Source of the DNA: Candidatus Bathyarchaeota archaeon
GTDB taxonomy: Archaea; Thermoproteota; Bathyarchaeia; Bathyarchaeales; Bathycorpusculaceae
Assembly: GCA_963832745.1 (NCBI GenBank)
Contig: CAWHVC010000001.1
Location: 128,001 to 192,000, forward strand
Reading direction: 5' to 3'
DNA: 64,000 nt
Of this stretch, positions 49,868 through 61,237 are shown piece by piece. A program made the translations under genes and the position numbers. The stretch's first letter is position 1, and the number at the start of each line of letters is the position of its first letter. Below the pieces are notes generated by a model. It was given only the letters and a program-made list of their open reading frames with translations, was not told the origin of the DNA and did not search any database.

Positions 49868-51762
49868 TCCATTTTTTGATTCTCAGGGTCTTTCTTCTTT
49901 TTTAGGATATCCTTTTTTATCGTTGGCAGCTTTACATTTTCAATTAATGGTTTTTTGAAATTGTAAACTATCAAAATAGTCAATGAAATGACAATAACAG
50001 ACGAGACAATGAACATCGTATTGTTTATACTGTATTCTAAATTGTCTGGTAAACCGCTAAAGTCACCCTCTGGTTTTTTAACAGCACAAATTTGTCCATC
50101 ACAGGCAAAATAAATTGCGCCATTAACAACATCTGGAGCAGTTTCTGCGTTACTAAAATTCCAGACGCTTGAACCATCATCTGCCCTAAAAGCCTCAAGC
50201 TTACCTGAAAAAACGTAAACATAAACAAGACCATCAACAACTATTGGAGCACTGCACTTGTCATCTACTCTTGTGCTCCATATCATTTGGCTGCTTGTTG
50301 TGCTAAACGCGTAAAGCGTACCGTAAGCATTACCGTAGTTTTGAATTGAAGTATCATAAGGAACGCCTGAGCTTGTAAAAAACAAAACTCCGTCTGCTAA
50401 CATGGGCGCGGAAGGGTCAAAGGTTTGGTCTGTACCCGCTGGAGCCGCAACTTTCGACGGGCTAGTATCGTAACTCCAAATTTTTGTTCCATCTGTAGAT
50501 CTTAAAGCGTACATGCAGCCGTCGCCTGAACCTGCATAAACTACGCCGTGACCGATTCCAGGTGTGCCTTCAAATCCTTCTCCGGCCTTAAAGCTCCAAA
50601 TTTTTTCGCCATCTTCAGCGTTCAAAGCGTAAAGGTTTGCATCGTTTGAGCCGACATAAACAACCCCATTAGAAACTGCAGGCGAAGAGGCTATCGCGTC
50701 GCTGGTAGTGAAATTCCATAAAATGTGGCCATCTATAGCGTCTAAAGCAATTATTGAGTTGCCGCTTCCAATGAAGATTTTTCCTTGTCCCGCTGCGGGG
50801 TTTGAATAGCCAGTATGGCAGGCTGTTCTCCACAGAAGGTTGCCGTTTTCAGTGTTCAAAGCTGTAACGTAGTCGCCTGCGCCAAAGTAAATCACTCCGT
50901 CTAAAACTGCTAATTGTGTAATGGTGTTGGTTGTATAGTTGCCTTGGTAGTTCCAGATTGTTGCGCCGTTAACAGCGTTGAAAGCATAAACGTTTATCCA
51001 TGTAACCTGTGGATTGCCATAAGTGTTTAGGGTTATTGTAGATTTTGCGGCGGCATAAACTACATCTTCTACTATTACAGGTTGCGTCCATGTTCTGGTT
51101 TTAGTGAAAATGTCTGTTTCCCAATAATTCTGTGCAGGTGTCCCCGTTAAACTCCATGGAATACTAGTTTCCCATGTTATTGCTTCATTGTTAATGGTTG
51201 GTGTAGGGGTTGCTGGTGTTGCTCCGCTTATGGTAAAGGTAAGCGTTGTTATGCTGTTTTTTGCAAAGGTTTCAAAAAAGGTGGTATCGCCTTGAGAAAT
51301 CAGCAAGTATCCACCACCACAGCAGGAAACGTTAATGTGCTGTTCGCCTTGAGGCACATCTGCTAATGGTATGGTGGTTTCAAATGAAATTTGAGGGTTT
51401 GCGTCGTCATCGCTAAGATTTGCTGGGTTATTAATGCTCCATTGGTAAACAGTTACTGGCTGGTTAAGCCAGCTTGCACTGTAAGAAACATTATACAGGA
51501 ATACTCCAAGACTTTCCATGTTAGTAGGCGTGTTTTGGTAAGCACTAAATTTAACCGATAAATCTGATTGGTCAGAATATATTGTGCTTCCGTTGTTAAC
51601 CGAGAACCTGACTCCGTTCCCAGCAGAGACAAGGTCAGTGTATCCTACGTCGCCTTTATAGGTTGGGTTATTTTGCTGAGCAATTACGGTTTCTGTAAAC
51701 GGCAAAAATACTGCCGCTAAAAGAATAGTTAAGCAAATCATGGATGTTAATGTTCTGTTCAT
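49864..51762 (-). CDS. PQQ-like (BamB-type) beta-propeller surface protein
   Basis: SSPAVSNGVVYVGS.D..LYALNA.DG..IW repeats; signal peptide and C-terminal TM. Confidence 0.9.
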   Translation of the reverse strand: MNRTLTSMICLTILLAAVFLPFTETVIAQQNNPTYKGDVGYTDLVSAGNGVRFSVNNGSTIYSDQSDLSVKFSAYQNTPTNMESLGVFLYNVSYSASWLNQPVTVYQWSINNPANLSDDDANPQISFETTIPLADVPQGEQHINVSCCGGGYLLISQGDTTFFETFAKNSITTLTFTISGATPATPTPTINNEAITWETSIPWSLTGTPAQNYWETDIFTKTRTWTQPVIVEDVVYAAAKSTITLNTYGNPQVTWINVYAFNAVNGATIWNYQGNYTTNTITQLAVLDGVIYFGAGDYVTALNTENGNLLWRTACHTGYSNPAAGQGKIFIGSGNSIIALDAIDGHILWNFTTSDAIASSPAVSNGVVYVGSNDANLYALNAEDGEKIWSFKAGEGFEGTPGIGHGVVYAGSGDGCMYALRSTDGTKIWSYDTSPSKVAAPAGTDQTFDPSAPMLADGVLFFTSSGVPYDTSIQNYGNAYGTLYAFSTTSSQMIWSTRVDDKCSAPIVVDGLVYVYVFSGKLEAFRADDGSSVWNFSNAETAPDVVNGAIYFACDGQICAVKKPEGDFSGLPDNLEYSINNTMFIVSSVIVISLTILIVYNFKKPLIENVKLPTIKKDILKKKKDPENQKMD

Positions 51763-51879
51763 GCCTGTTCCAATTATGCATTTAAGGCATGGCAGGCTTT
51801 TAAGATTTAGCTCAAAAGCATTTTTTTAAGAAACAAAAATATTGACTAAAATTAGGAAAAGATATTAAAAATTGAAGAT

Positions 51880-52080
51880 TTACTCTTCATCTTCTTTAAT
51901 TTCGCATTTAAGCTTCTTGATTATTTCGTCAGCTCTGAGCGGCTCAATTTTAAGCGTGTAAAGCTGGCTTGGAGTGCGAAGCTTCAGTTTAACGTTTTCT
52001 TTGTTTCTTTTTACTTGACAATGCTTTGCTTTGGCGCTCATCGCCACGAAACTTTCAACGTCAGTCATTTCTGATGGCAT
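51880..52080 (-). CDS. rpl38e: 50S ribosomal protein eL38
   Basis: MP.E.TD...F, VKLKLRT.SQLYTLK signature. True start is ATG at 52080; the ORF track is over-extended. Confidence 0.88.
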   Translation of the reverse strand: MPSEMTDVESFVAMSAKAKHCQVKRNKENVKLKLRTPSQLYTLKIEPLRADEIIKKLKCEIKEDEE

Positions 52081-52320
52081 ACTAATTTTTCCTCTTATTA
52101 ACGCTTTGATGGATGCGAAGCCAGTTTTTATCTGTTTTGGTGCAGTCACGTACAATGAACAACTGTATAAGGTGTTTCTGGGTTTTGGAACTGATTTGGG
52201 AAAGCGCTTAAATCGTAAATTGCGTCAAGAAGGTTTTAGACTGCTCAAGAGGTTGCTTCAATCTGGATTTAAAAATTAAGAAAACAATAATATAGTATAC
52301 GCTCAAGAAGAGAACAGTAA

Positions 52321-53589
52321 ATGATTAAACATATTCATATTTGGGGTCACTGTTTGTCAATAAAACGTGTTTCCATTCTATTTGTCGTTCTCATAGTGCT
52401 TGTCAGTTTAGTGACAGTGGCTTTTCTGTCTCCACAGCCAATTAGTAGCACCTCATCCGATTCCGTGTATGTTGGCGTAAGCTTCTGCGGCAACACAACA
52501 CAGGAAGCAGAACTGCTAATTGATAAAGTCAAAACTTACACTAACCTGTTTGTGTTACAGTCAGGTCCAATCAGCTCCAACATGAGTGCAACTACAGAAA
52601 TCTGCGACTATGCCGTCTCCCAAGGCTTAAACATTATTGTATACTTCGGCTGGTTCAATCCTGATTACCCTTGGCAGTACCCATGGGTGCAAAATGCTCC
52701 TCAACGGTACGGCGACAAATTCTTGGGCGTGTACTATTATGATGAACCAGGCGGTATTCAGCTTGATTATGACTGGGAAAACCATTTCCTGAACATGAGC
52801 CAGCGTCTCCAAGATACTCCCGGTGCTAACAATACCCGGTATTTTCAATTTCTTGAAGATTCAATCTGCGGATATCTCAACGGATCAATCCGAGATTATG
52901 GCGTAGAAGCCCAAACCTACGTTAACTATATGCAGAATGACCATGACCTTTCACTTTTAAAAAACAGTACAACTCGCACTTTTGTTTCTGACTACGCTCT
53001 TTACTGGTGGGATTATCTTGGCGGCTACGATGTTGTGTTAACGCAGCTAGGCAACAACGCAAGCATAACACAGGAAATAGACCTGACAAAAGGCGCGGCA
53101 CACATGCAAGGCAAAGATTGGGGCGCAATAATCACTTGGAAATATGATGAAGCACCATATCTTGATAGTGGCGAAGAAATCTACAACCAAATGACTTTGG
53201 CATATCAAGCAGGCGCAAAATACATTATAATCTTTGATTACCCCTCAATTGAAGGTAACCCCTATGGCGTATTAACCAGCGACCATTTTGAGGCAATGCA
53301 AAACTTTTGGCAAGACATAACCCACCCCACAGCAACCCAGACGTTACAGCAGTCAGACCAAACTAAAGCAGTTCTTGTACTTCCGCAAAATTATGGTTGG
53401 GGCATGAGGAACGCAGCTGACCGCATCTGGCTTTGGGGACCCGACGAACATTGCACCCAGATTTGGGACATTTCAAGAAAACTACTTGACCAGTATGGAA
53501 TAAACTTGGACATCGTTTATGAGGACTCACAGTTCCCGGTTGAAGGCCAATACGACCTGATTTATTACTGGAACCAAACTTTAACATAA
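52321..53589 (+). CDS. Secreted/membrane-anchored hypothetical protein, possible glycoside-hydrolase-like barrel
   Basis: N-terminal TM, FLGVYYYDEPGG, AYQAGAKY; fold call is tentative. Confidence 0.7.
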   Translation: MIKHIHIWGHCLSIKRVSILFVVLIVLVSLVTVAFLSPQPISSTSSDSVYVGVSFCGNTTQEAELLIDKVKTYTNLFVLQSGPISSNMSATTEICDYAVSQGLNIIVYFGWFNPDYPWQYPWVQNAPQRYGDKFLGVYYYDEPGGIQLDYDWENHFLNMSQRLQDTPGANNTRYFQFLEDSICGYLNGSIRDYGVEAQTYVNYMQNDHDLSLLKNSTTRTFVSDYALYWWDYLGGYDVVLTQLGNNASITQEIDLTKGAAHMQGKDWGAIITWKYDEAPYLDSGEEIYNQMTLAYQAGAKYIIIFDYPSIEGNPYGVLTSDHFEAMQNFWQDITHPTATQTLQQSDQTKAVLVLPQNYGWGMRNAADRIWLWGPDEHCTQIWDISRKLLDQYGINLDIVYEDSQFPVEGQYDLIYYWNQTLT

Positions 53590-53630
53590 AAACTGGAAAT
53601 AAAAGAATTAAAACCAAAAAACTTTTGGGT

Positions 53631-53825
53631 TTAAGCTTTTTTGGAGCGGATGCCCAGTTTAACGTTCACTTCTACAGTGTATTCATCATCGTTTTTTCCT
53701 ACACTAAAATTCCAATCTTTAAGGTCAACTTCCATGTCTTTAAACTGGTTAACAACTGCATCTCGGTAATCTTGTGCAGTCTGCCCCATCTTTTGGAGTC
53801 GTTCAGAAATATTATTTTCAGGCAA
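53631..53825 (-). CDS. Small hypothetical protein
   Basis: 64 aa with GGAGGTG SD before TTG. Confidence 0.6.
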   Translation of the reverse strand: MPENNISERLQKMGQTAQDYRDAVVNQFKDMEVDLKDWNFSVGKNDDEYTVEVNVKLGIRSKKA

Positions 53826-54019
53826 AATTTACACCTCCACTAAAAATGGTTCATGCGCTAATATTGCTTGATTCCGCTTAATGGTTTAAAAATTTGTGAC
53901 TGTGCAAGCACACCAGCAGACTAAAAAGAGTTTAACTTCTAACCAGTTAAGGTTTTAGCGTTTGAATAAAAAAAAGAAGTTATTTATTTTCGTTAAAGTC
54001 ACTTATTAGTGGGTTTTTT

Positions 54020-55141
54020 GTGACTTATTCTGTTGGTATATCTGGTTCTTATGGTGGCTTAAACCTTGGAGATGAAGCCATCCTTCAAAGCATCATTACC
54101 CAGCTTCGGGAGTCTTTGCCAGTTAACATCACAGTTTTTTCACGCAACGCAGAAGACACTATTCGCCGTCATCATGTAGAAAAAGTAGTCTCACCCCGAG
54201 AATTAACATTAATGGAAGTAACTCCTGAAATTGAAAAACTGGACCTTTTCATTTTAGGCGGAGGTGGATTACTTTTTGATACTGAAGCAGAGATTTTTCT
54301 GCGCGAACTTGAAATCGCTTCGGATCATGATGTCCCAACGATGGTTTACTCCATTGGTGCAGGACCAATAAAAATGGCAACAACCCAAAAAAAGGTAAAA
54401 ATGGCCCTAAGTAAAGCAGATTTAATAACTGTCAGAGACCGTGAAGCAAAAAAACTGTTGGAGCTTATCGGTGTAAAATGTCCAATTATCCAAACCGCTG
54501 ACCCTGCCCTGCTTTTAGAACCTGAACCCTTACCGCCTGACGCGTTGAGAAATGAGCAGATACATCCAGGTAGACGGTTGATCGGTATTTCTGTTCGTGA
54601 GCCTGGTCCAGCAGCACCCGATATCGACCCAGTCTTTTATCATGCTGTTTTGGCGAACGCGGCGGATTTTGTTATTACCCGTTTGGATGCTGACGTTATT
54701 TTTGTTCCTATGGAACGGCAAGTGTTGGATGTACAAAATGCTCATGCGGTTATTTCGATGATGCTTAAACCTCAAAACGCTTCTGTGTTAAAGGGCGAAT
54801 ATACTCCAGGGCAACTGTTGTCTTTTATGAAGTATTTTGAGTTCGCTATTGGCATGCGTCTTCACTTCTTGATTTTTGCCGCCCTGCAGAGTGTGCCTTT
54901 TGTTCCCTTGCCGTATGCATCTAAGATTGGAGGTTTTCTTGAACATCTACAGGTTCCTATGCCGCCGTTAAGCAAAGTCAATTCAGGCTTGGTTAACGCG
55001 TTGATTGACCAAGCATGGGACGAAAGAGAATCCACTATAAACAAAGTTCAAAAGTTGATTCCCGACCTCAAATTGTTGGCGAAAGAAAATAATCGTTTAG
55101 CTGTTGAGCTTCTAAAAAGAAACTCCAAAGGTAAAAAATAA
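54020..55141 (+). CDS. Polysaccharide pyruvyl transferase family protein (CsaB/WcaK-like)
   Basis: GSYGGLNLGDEAI, GGGGLLFD, ITVRD, TADPA, IGMRLH. Confidence 0.9.
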   Translation: MTYSVGISGSYGGLNLGDEAILQSIITQLRESLPVNITVFSRNAEDTIRRHHVEKVVSPRELTLMEVTPEIEKLDLFILGGGGLLFDTEAEIFLRELEIASDHDVPTMVYSIGAGPIKMATTQKKVKMALSKADLITVRDREAKKLLELIGVKCPIIQTADPALLLEPEPLPPDALRNEQIHPGRRLIGISVREPGPAAPDIDPVFYHAVLANAADFVITRLDADVIFVPMERQVLDVQNAHAVISMMLKPQNASVLKGEYTPGQLLSFMKYFEFAIGMRLHFLIFAALQSVPFVPLPYASKIGGFLEHLQVPMPPLSKVNSGLVNALIDQAWDERESTINKVQKLIPDLKLLAKENNRLAVELLKRNSKGKK

Positions 55142-55150
55142 GGCGATTTT

Positions 55151-56588
55151 ATGCCCATACTAAAACAACCCACTGGCACTATAGTGTTACCTGAAAGGAC
55201 CGCACAGTTGATTTCAGAAACTGACGTGCTTGTGGTTGGCGGTGGACCATCAGGGATAGCAGCGGCGCTTGGAGCAGCAGAAGCAGGCGCAAAAGTGGTT
55301 CTTGCGGAACGCTACGGTTTTCTAGGCGGCAACGCCACTGCTGGGCTCGTTTTAACATGGGCGTCCTATTACACTTCAAGCCGGCAACCCACCGAGATTC
55401 CTAAACGTAATGACGAGTTTACAATTTTTCCAACTGACCACGGTTCAGGTCAACCTATCATTGCAGGTGCATTAGCGAAAATTGTTAAACGACTGATTGA
55501 GTTAGGCGGGGCTTTTGCGCCTTCACGACGGACAGGTTACATGGTGCCTTTTGACCCTGAACTTCTAAAGCTTGTCACAGTAGAAATGCTTGATGTAGCC
55601 GGTGTCGATTTTCTGTTTCATGCTTTTGCCAGTGGAACCGTCATGGATAACGGTTTAAGAGGCGTAATTTTTGAGACAAAATCAGGTCCAATAGTGATTA
55701 AAGCCAAAGTTATTATTGACTGTACTGGCGATGGAGACATTGCTGTTTCTGCGGGGGCACCTTTCGAAGTCGGTCGATTAGAGGACAATTCAGTTCAACC
55801 GATGACTTTAATGTTTCTTGTTGAGGGCTTCGAACGTTCGAAGTTTCAAGATTACGTGGAAAAACATCCTCGACAATGGAACGGTGTGGAAGGATTAACG
55901 GACTTGATGCGTGACGCAATAAAAAAAGGTGAATTACAAGTGTCTAGGGAAGACATTTTGTTTTTCGGCAGTGTGCATGATACTCAAATCAGCGTGAACA
56001 GCACCCGCATAACGAATGTTTACGGTTTTGACGTGTGGGATTTAACTTGCGCTGAAATTGAAGGAAGACGGCAGGTTGCGCAGTTAACGAGTTTTTTTAG
56101 AAAATATGTTCCCGGATTCGAGCAGGCTTATGTAGCTCAAACCGGAACAAATGTGAGTGTCCGTGAAACAAGACGAATCATGGGCGAATACAAACTCACA
56201 GATCAAGACGTATTAAATGCTCACAAGTTTGATGACGTTATTGCTTTGGGTTCTTACCCTGTTGACGTTCATAATCCAGCAGGAAAAGGCACTTTTCTAA
56301 AAAAAATAAAGGCGGGCAGCGCCTACGATATTCCCCTACGTTGCCTTGTGCCGTTAAACGTTGATAACTTGCTTGTTGCGGGTCGTTGCATTTCTGGAAC
56401 CCACATAGCAAATGCTTCCTACCGTACAATGCCGATTTGTTTCGCAACTGGACAAGCCGCCGGAGTATGTGCAGCCATTGCCGCAAAAAACAGTCTTGGT
56501 GCCACGAAAAACGCCTGTCTCTAAAGTTCAACAGGAGCTTCTTCGTCAGGGTGCAATTTTAAAAATAAAACAAGAGGGATTAGTTTAA
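55151..56588 (+). CDS. FAD-dependent oxidoreductase, frameshift near the C-terminus
   Basis: DVLVVGGGPSG, IDCTGDGD, RETRRIMG, LLVAGRCIS, TGQAAG; tail VQQELLRQGA continues in another frame to 56588. Confidence 0.9.
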
Positions 56589-56599
56589 ACTAACCCTTG

Positions 56600-57976
56600 T
56601 TATTGGGTTGCTTTGATTTCAGAAGGTTTGCCGTTTTTGCCGCCTTTTTTGTATGCGATAATTAGGGTTACAGCGATTATTATGCTCAATAGGGTTATAA
56701 TGCCGATTTCGATTAGTCCAAATGTTCCCTGTGTTATTGTTGGGGTGGGCGTTGCAGTATGAGTTGTGGTTGGCTGACTGCTTTCAGTTGGCGTCGTTTG
56801 TGTGGTTGTTATTGTTGGTGTTGGTGTTGAGCTTGGATTCATGTTAACGTTTGGAATTATTGGTGCATCTACGCTTGGGCTTTCTAAAGCTGGCAGGTAC
56901 TCAACTTTTCCAAGGGTTTCGTTATTATTTTTGTCGTATATGGTTTGGTTTATTGTTGGGATATCGCGTGTTCCCCAGTAATTGTAGACTGCCTCAAGAT
57001 TTGTAGGGCTCAAGTTCTCAAAATTGTACTGTGTATTGTTCATTATGTTGTTGTTGCTGATTAGCGATTGCTCTGTGGTTTGGTAGTATATTCCAACGGT
57101 GTTGTTGAATATGGTGTTTTCTTCAATTGCTAACTGAGCGCCAATATCAATTCCTAAGCTGTTGTTCATAATTAGGTTATACTGAATAGTCACAGCAGCA
57201 CTTGCGTTGACCACTTTTAATGCGGCATTTGAGCCGTAAATCAGGTTTCCGTAAACCCGAATTGTATCTTCACATTTACCTACTCCAATGCCTGTCTCGC
57301 AATCTATGATTGTGTTGTTTTCAACATTTGCGTTGTACTTGTTGTCTGCATACCCGTTATCTGGAAAGTTAAAGCTGATTCCAATAGTGTTTCCACTTAT
57401 CGTGTTTGAAGATATTGTTGGTGCGCTTTCTCGCTCGATGCTTATGGCGTATGCGACGCCTCCTTCAGAGATGTTGTTGCCTGTAATGGTTGGGGCTGCT
57501 TGAGTGATTGTTACTCCGCCTTTAATTTGGCAGCCTGAGACCATTGGCGATGAACCATCGATTGATATGGCTGCGTTGATTTCTGCATTTTCAAGGATAC
57601 AACCTGTGCTTTCGGTAATGTTAAAGTCTGTGCTTGACGGTTCAAAAATGATTTGAGCCGTATTTGATGGGCTTAACGTTGTGCTTTGAGAATCAAACAT
57701 TATCGGGTTTGAACTGTTGCATCTCGCGTTGAGCGTTCCTTTAACCTGTAAAGAAAACGATGTTAAATCAACAGTTACCCCCGGTTCAATTGTTAAGGTC
57801 GCATTTTCATCCACAACAACCTGTGAAGTGAAAACATACGGGCTTCCAGCGGCACTCCATGTTATGTCCGTAGTTATTTCACCATAAACTTCAGTTTGCG
57901 CGTTTGCAAAACCAGTTAAAGCTGTGCTACTTAACATTAGAGTGATGGCAAGAAGCAGGACTGACTTTTTTCCCAA
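56600..57976 (-). CDS. Parallel beta-helix surface protein
   Basis: ITW..AGSPY, LTIEPGV, Asn-ladder repeats, NYWG, T/P linker, C-terminal TM. Confidence 0.87.
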   Translation of the reverse strand: MGKKSVLLLAITLMLSSTALTGFANAQTEVYGEITTDITWSAAGSPYVFTSQVVVDENATLTIEPGVTVDLTSFSLQVKGTLNARCNSSNPIMFDSQSTTLSPSNTAQIIFEPSSTDFNITESTGCILENAEINAAISIDGSSPMVSGCQIKGGVTITQAAPTITGNNISEGGVAYAISIERESAPTISSNTISGNTIGISFNFPDNGYADNKYNANVENNTIIDCETGIGVGKCEDTIRVYGNLIYGSNAALKVVNASAAVTIQYNLIMNNSLGIDIGAQLAIEENTIFNNTVGIYYQTTEQSLISNNNIMNNTQYNFENLSPTNLEAVYNYWGTRDIPTINQTIYDKNNNETLGKVEYLPALESPSVDAPIIPNVNMNPSSTPTPTITTTQTTPTESSQPTTTHTATPTPTITQGTFGLIEIGIITLLSIIIAVTLIIAYKKGGKNGKPSEIKATQ

Positions 57977-58031
57977 TACTTTCTCCTCGCCCGCTAATTC
58001 TAACTTTTTATAATATAAAGTTTTACCAAAA

Positions 58032-61000
58032 TCACTTTTTATGAGAAAAAATTTTCCGCTTGTATTTTATAATAATCAACGTTAACCCAAATCCGACGAA
58101 TAACACTACAAGAGCTGAAGATGTTTCAATTGGGATTTTTACCGTTTGATTTTCTGGGACGTCACCACTACTGCTTGGGCTGCCTGGTTTCTGCTTTTCA
58201 ACATTTACGTTAATGCTTTTTTCAGCCATATTTCCCGCTGCATCTTGAACCTTAACCGTTACAGTATAATCGCCTGCTTCGCAAAAAACGTGGTTAACCT
58301 GCTTGCCCTCTGCAGTTGAGTTATCTCCGAAATTCCACGCGATAGTTGAAATGCCGTTTTGGTCGCTACAATCAACCGCTAAATCTAAGCGTTCACCAAC
58401 GCCGATTGTCTGGTTTCCGCCCAAATCAACAAGGGGTCCAGTGGTGTCTAGTACAATTGAAGCTTCAAAACTTGCTGTATTGCCTGTATAATCCATGATT
58501 TGGCAGTAAACATTTTTTACTCCATCTCCACTGGTTAAGCTCCAAATTTTACTGTTCATATATGGTTCCCAAGCTTGATTATTCCAAGAGGCGTCATTGC
58601 TAAAACGCATCTTCTCAACGCCTGACAACGAGTCTAAGCCGCTAATTGTTAAAGTAACCCTGCTGCTGGTCGTAAACTCTGCACCACTGTTAACTTTCAT
58701 TGAACCCGACGGAGTTGTTTTATCCAATTTAATGCTTGAAAGAGTCTTGTGGGTTAACTCTATGATGCATGTACCGTTACTCCATGTCCCCCAATACTCA
58801 AGCGCGTTATTTGCGTTTTCCACTGTGAAGAGTGGCTGCCCATTGGCGTTTACAGTTTTGGTTTCTCCACCATTTATTTTGTAATAAATCTCTGAAACTC
58901 CGTTACCGTCAATTGAAAGAGGAACAGCAAAATCAGCGCCTTTCCAGTTACCATCGTAATCTGCCACAATTTTCGGCAACTGCGTTACCGTAAAAGAGAA
59001 ATCGTCGCCTACACCACCTAAAATTACTGAGTGTTTTCCTGCTGAAGCTTGAGTTGGTACATTGAATGTTGCGTTGAAACTGCCTGACTCATCAACAACA
59101 GCTGAACCCATGCTGTCGGTTCCATCGTAAAATGCTATTATTGTTCCTTGGTTGAAGTTTTTGCCGTAAACAATCAAGCTTTGGCCTGGCTGTACAAGCG
59201 TTATACTTGACAAATCAGTGTTGTTTCCAAATAAGCCTGTTGCTAATATGTCGCCGACAATTGTTAAGCCTTTTCGATATTCTGTAAATGCTGTTTCTGA
59301 ATTGAATGTGTAACCATTGCCGTTATCTAAAGCTGCAAAAAGTATGTTGTCATAAGTTTGTGGGTGGTCGCCTACAGGATTTCCTATGATTAAATCGGGG
59401 GCGTTAAATGAGTAATTGAAGCTTTTTGTCTGCGAAATTTGCACATTGTTTGCGATTGTTGACCATGTGTTTGTAACTGGGTTAAGATAGGTTAAATTCA
59501 CCGTGTTGCCTGCGGTAAATCCTGTTCCTTGTAAGGTAATTTTTTCGCCTGCAGTGCCAGAACCTGGAGAAACAGTCAATACTGGTTCCTCGATGGTGTG
59601 TGTTACCGATAGACTTACTGTTGCAAAATTTTTGGTTTTAAGCGGTGTATCCAAAGAAACAGAGTCTCCAACAGCAAAATAAGTCACCGTTCCAGTGGTT
59701 CTTGTTAAATTATCGTACACACTTAAGAAAAATGGTTGATTGTAATAACTGGTCATTTTCTGTTTAAACTCGGTAATGTCAACCACTATGTTGTTTGGGC
59801 CAAATGGTTGATTTCCGCCTAAGACTACGGCGCTAAATACCTTACTTGCTATCGGGTGAACTGTTGTTCCGTAACCAAGGGTTATTACGCATTCGCCTCG
59901 GTATCTGTGATCTATTTTGAAGCTGGCAGTTAACTCTGGCTGATAATTGATTAAGTCATTAAAGATTATGATTGGATTATCTTTGTTTGAAAGTTGCTGC
60001 ATAATTTCATAGGGTAACCAGTAAAATCCGTCGGCAACATTTTCCCAACCACCTTCGCCCCAAGAATTTGCAATTTTAAAAGCGCCAAAATGCGTTTTGC
60101 CATTTACAGTGTAATTAAAATTATCATCGTAACCAACGATTGTGTTAGCATGGTTTAATCCTTTGCTAAAGTTGTACGAAACTAAAACATCCTGACTTGA
60201 TAAGGCTTCATACTGATAAGCGTCAAGTGCGAAAACAGCCAAATTACCTGCCGCCAACCAGTTCTTTAAGCTAAGTAAACCTTCGTTACTATTCGCATAC
60301 AAGTATTCGTAGGCAGGGCTACTGCTACTCCGGTAATATGGTGCTTCTGTCCATGCAGCTTCAGACGGCCAAGATGTGCTGTCAGTAGGTGCATAAGGCA
60401 TTGTAGCCCATGAGCAAACGCCTATGGACGCAACAAGGTTTATTGCATCTTCAAACTCGGCGCCTTGGTCCACGCCCATGTTGATAAGTGAGTAAATAAA
60501 ATCGGGGCTCATAATCTTGTCTTGATAGCTTGCGGTAGGGTGTCCGTAGGTTCCTCCTTCCCAACTTGCTTCTGACAGATCCCAGTTATGCTCTTTTGCC
60601 TCTTGATAAGTTTTAGTGTAGTAGCCAACTGCCCATGCAACGCAGGAACCTTTCCCGTCTTGGTTGCCTATTGGTGGAAACCATGGCGTAGCTGAATTAT
60701 CAACAGACGAATTAGTGCCTGCGAAGGTTATGCTGTCTATAACATGGGCGTTTTGGGCAATTTCCACGATATCTTCTTCTGTTGGTGTGCTAAATCCTGT
60801 TCCGTGACCATCAACTTTTTGCGAATAATATGTTTCTTGGTTTGATGTGCCGATTTGGTTTTTTATTTCTGAAAGTTCTTCACTGGTTATTTTGTGGTCA
60901 ATAATTGTTAAGTCTGATGAGGAACCGGTTTGGTTTTGGTTGTTATTTTGTGTTTCAACTTGAGTGCTTAAGGTTGCGTTTGAAAGTAGAATTAAAAGTA

Positions 61001-61046
61001 TTAGTGCAGTCATTAAAACGCTTATTTTTTTGGTTTTAATCAGCAC
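58032..61046 (-). CDS. Membrane-anchored papain-family (C1) cysteine peptidase with Ig-like/PKD domains
   Basis: NQDGKGSCVAW, NHANTIVGYDD, ANSWG catalytic motifs; WNFGD PKD motif; C-terminal TM. Confidence 0.92.
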   Translation of the reverse strand: MLIKTKKISVLMTALILLILLSNATLSTQVETQNNNQNQTGSSSDLTIIDHKITSEELSEIKNQIGTSNQETYYSQKVDGHGTGFSTPTEEDIVEIAQNAHVIDSITFAGTNSSVDNSATPWFPPIGNQDGKGSCVAWAVGYYTKTYQEAKEHNWDLSEASWEGGTYGHPTASYQDKIMSPDFIYSLINMGVDQGAEFEDAINLVASIGVCSWATMPYAPTDSTSWPSEAAWTEAPYYRSSSSPAYEYLYANSNEGLLSLKNWLAAGNLAVFALDAYQYEALSSQDVLVSYNFSKGLNHANTIVGYDDNFNYTVNGKTHFGAFKIANSWGEGGWENVADGFYWLPYEIMQQLSNKDNPIIIFNDLINYQPELTASFKIDHRYRGECVITLGYGTTVHPIASKVFSAVVLGGNQPFGPNNIVVDITEFKQKMTSYYNQPFFLSVYDNLTRTTGTVTYFAVGDSVSLDTPLKTKNFATVSLSVTHTIEEPVLTVSPGSGTAGEKITLQGTGFTAGNTVNLTYLNPVTNTWSTIANNVQISQTKSFNYSFNAPDLIIGNPVGDHPQTYDNILFAALDNGNGYTFNSETAFTEYRKGLTIVGDILATGLFGNNTDLSSITLVQPGQSLIVYGKNFNQGTIIAFYDGTDSMGSAVVDESGSFNATFNVPTQASAGKHSVILGGVGDDFSFTVTQLPKIVADYDGNWKGADFAVPLSIDGNGVSEIYYKINGGETKTVNANGQPLFTVENANNALEYWGTWSNGTCIIELTHKTLSSIKLDKTTPSGSMKVNSGAEFTTSSRVTLTISGLDSLSGVEKMRFSNDASWNNQAWEPYMNSKIWSLTSGDGVKNVYCQIMDYTGNTASFEASIVLDTTGPLVDLGGNQTIGVGERLDLAVDCSDQNGISTIAWNFGDNSTAEGKQVNHVFCEAGDYTVTVKVQDAAGNMAEKSINVNVEKQKPGSPSSSGDVPENQTVKIPIETSSALVVLFVGFGLTLIIIKYKRKIFSHKK

Positions 61047-61237
61047 TTAATCTTTCACCTTTCCCTGAAGGGTCAATTTATCAATTAACTGTTTGTTAAG
61101 GTATTACTAAAATTTTTAGCCAAATTAAGCTTCTGTTTTATTAATACACACTACAAAACCTGATAAGTACCACGTCAAAAGCACAAATAATATAGCACAA
61201 ACACAACACACAATACCCTAACGGTGAAAACATTAAC

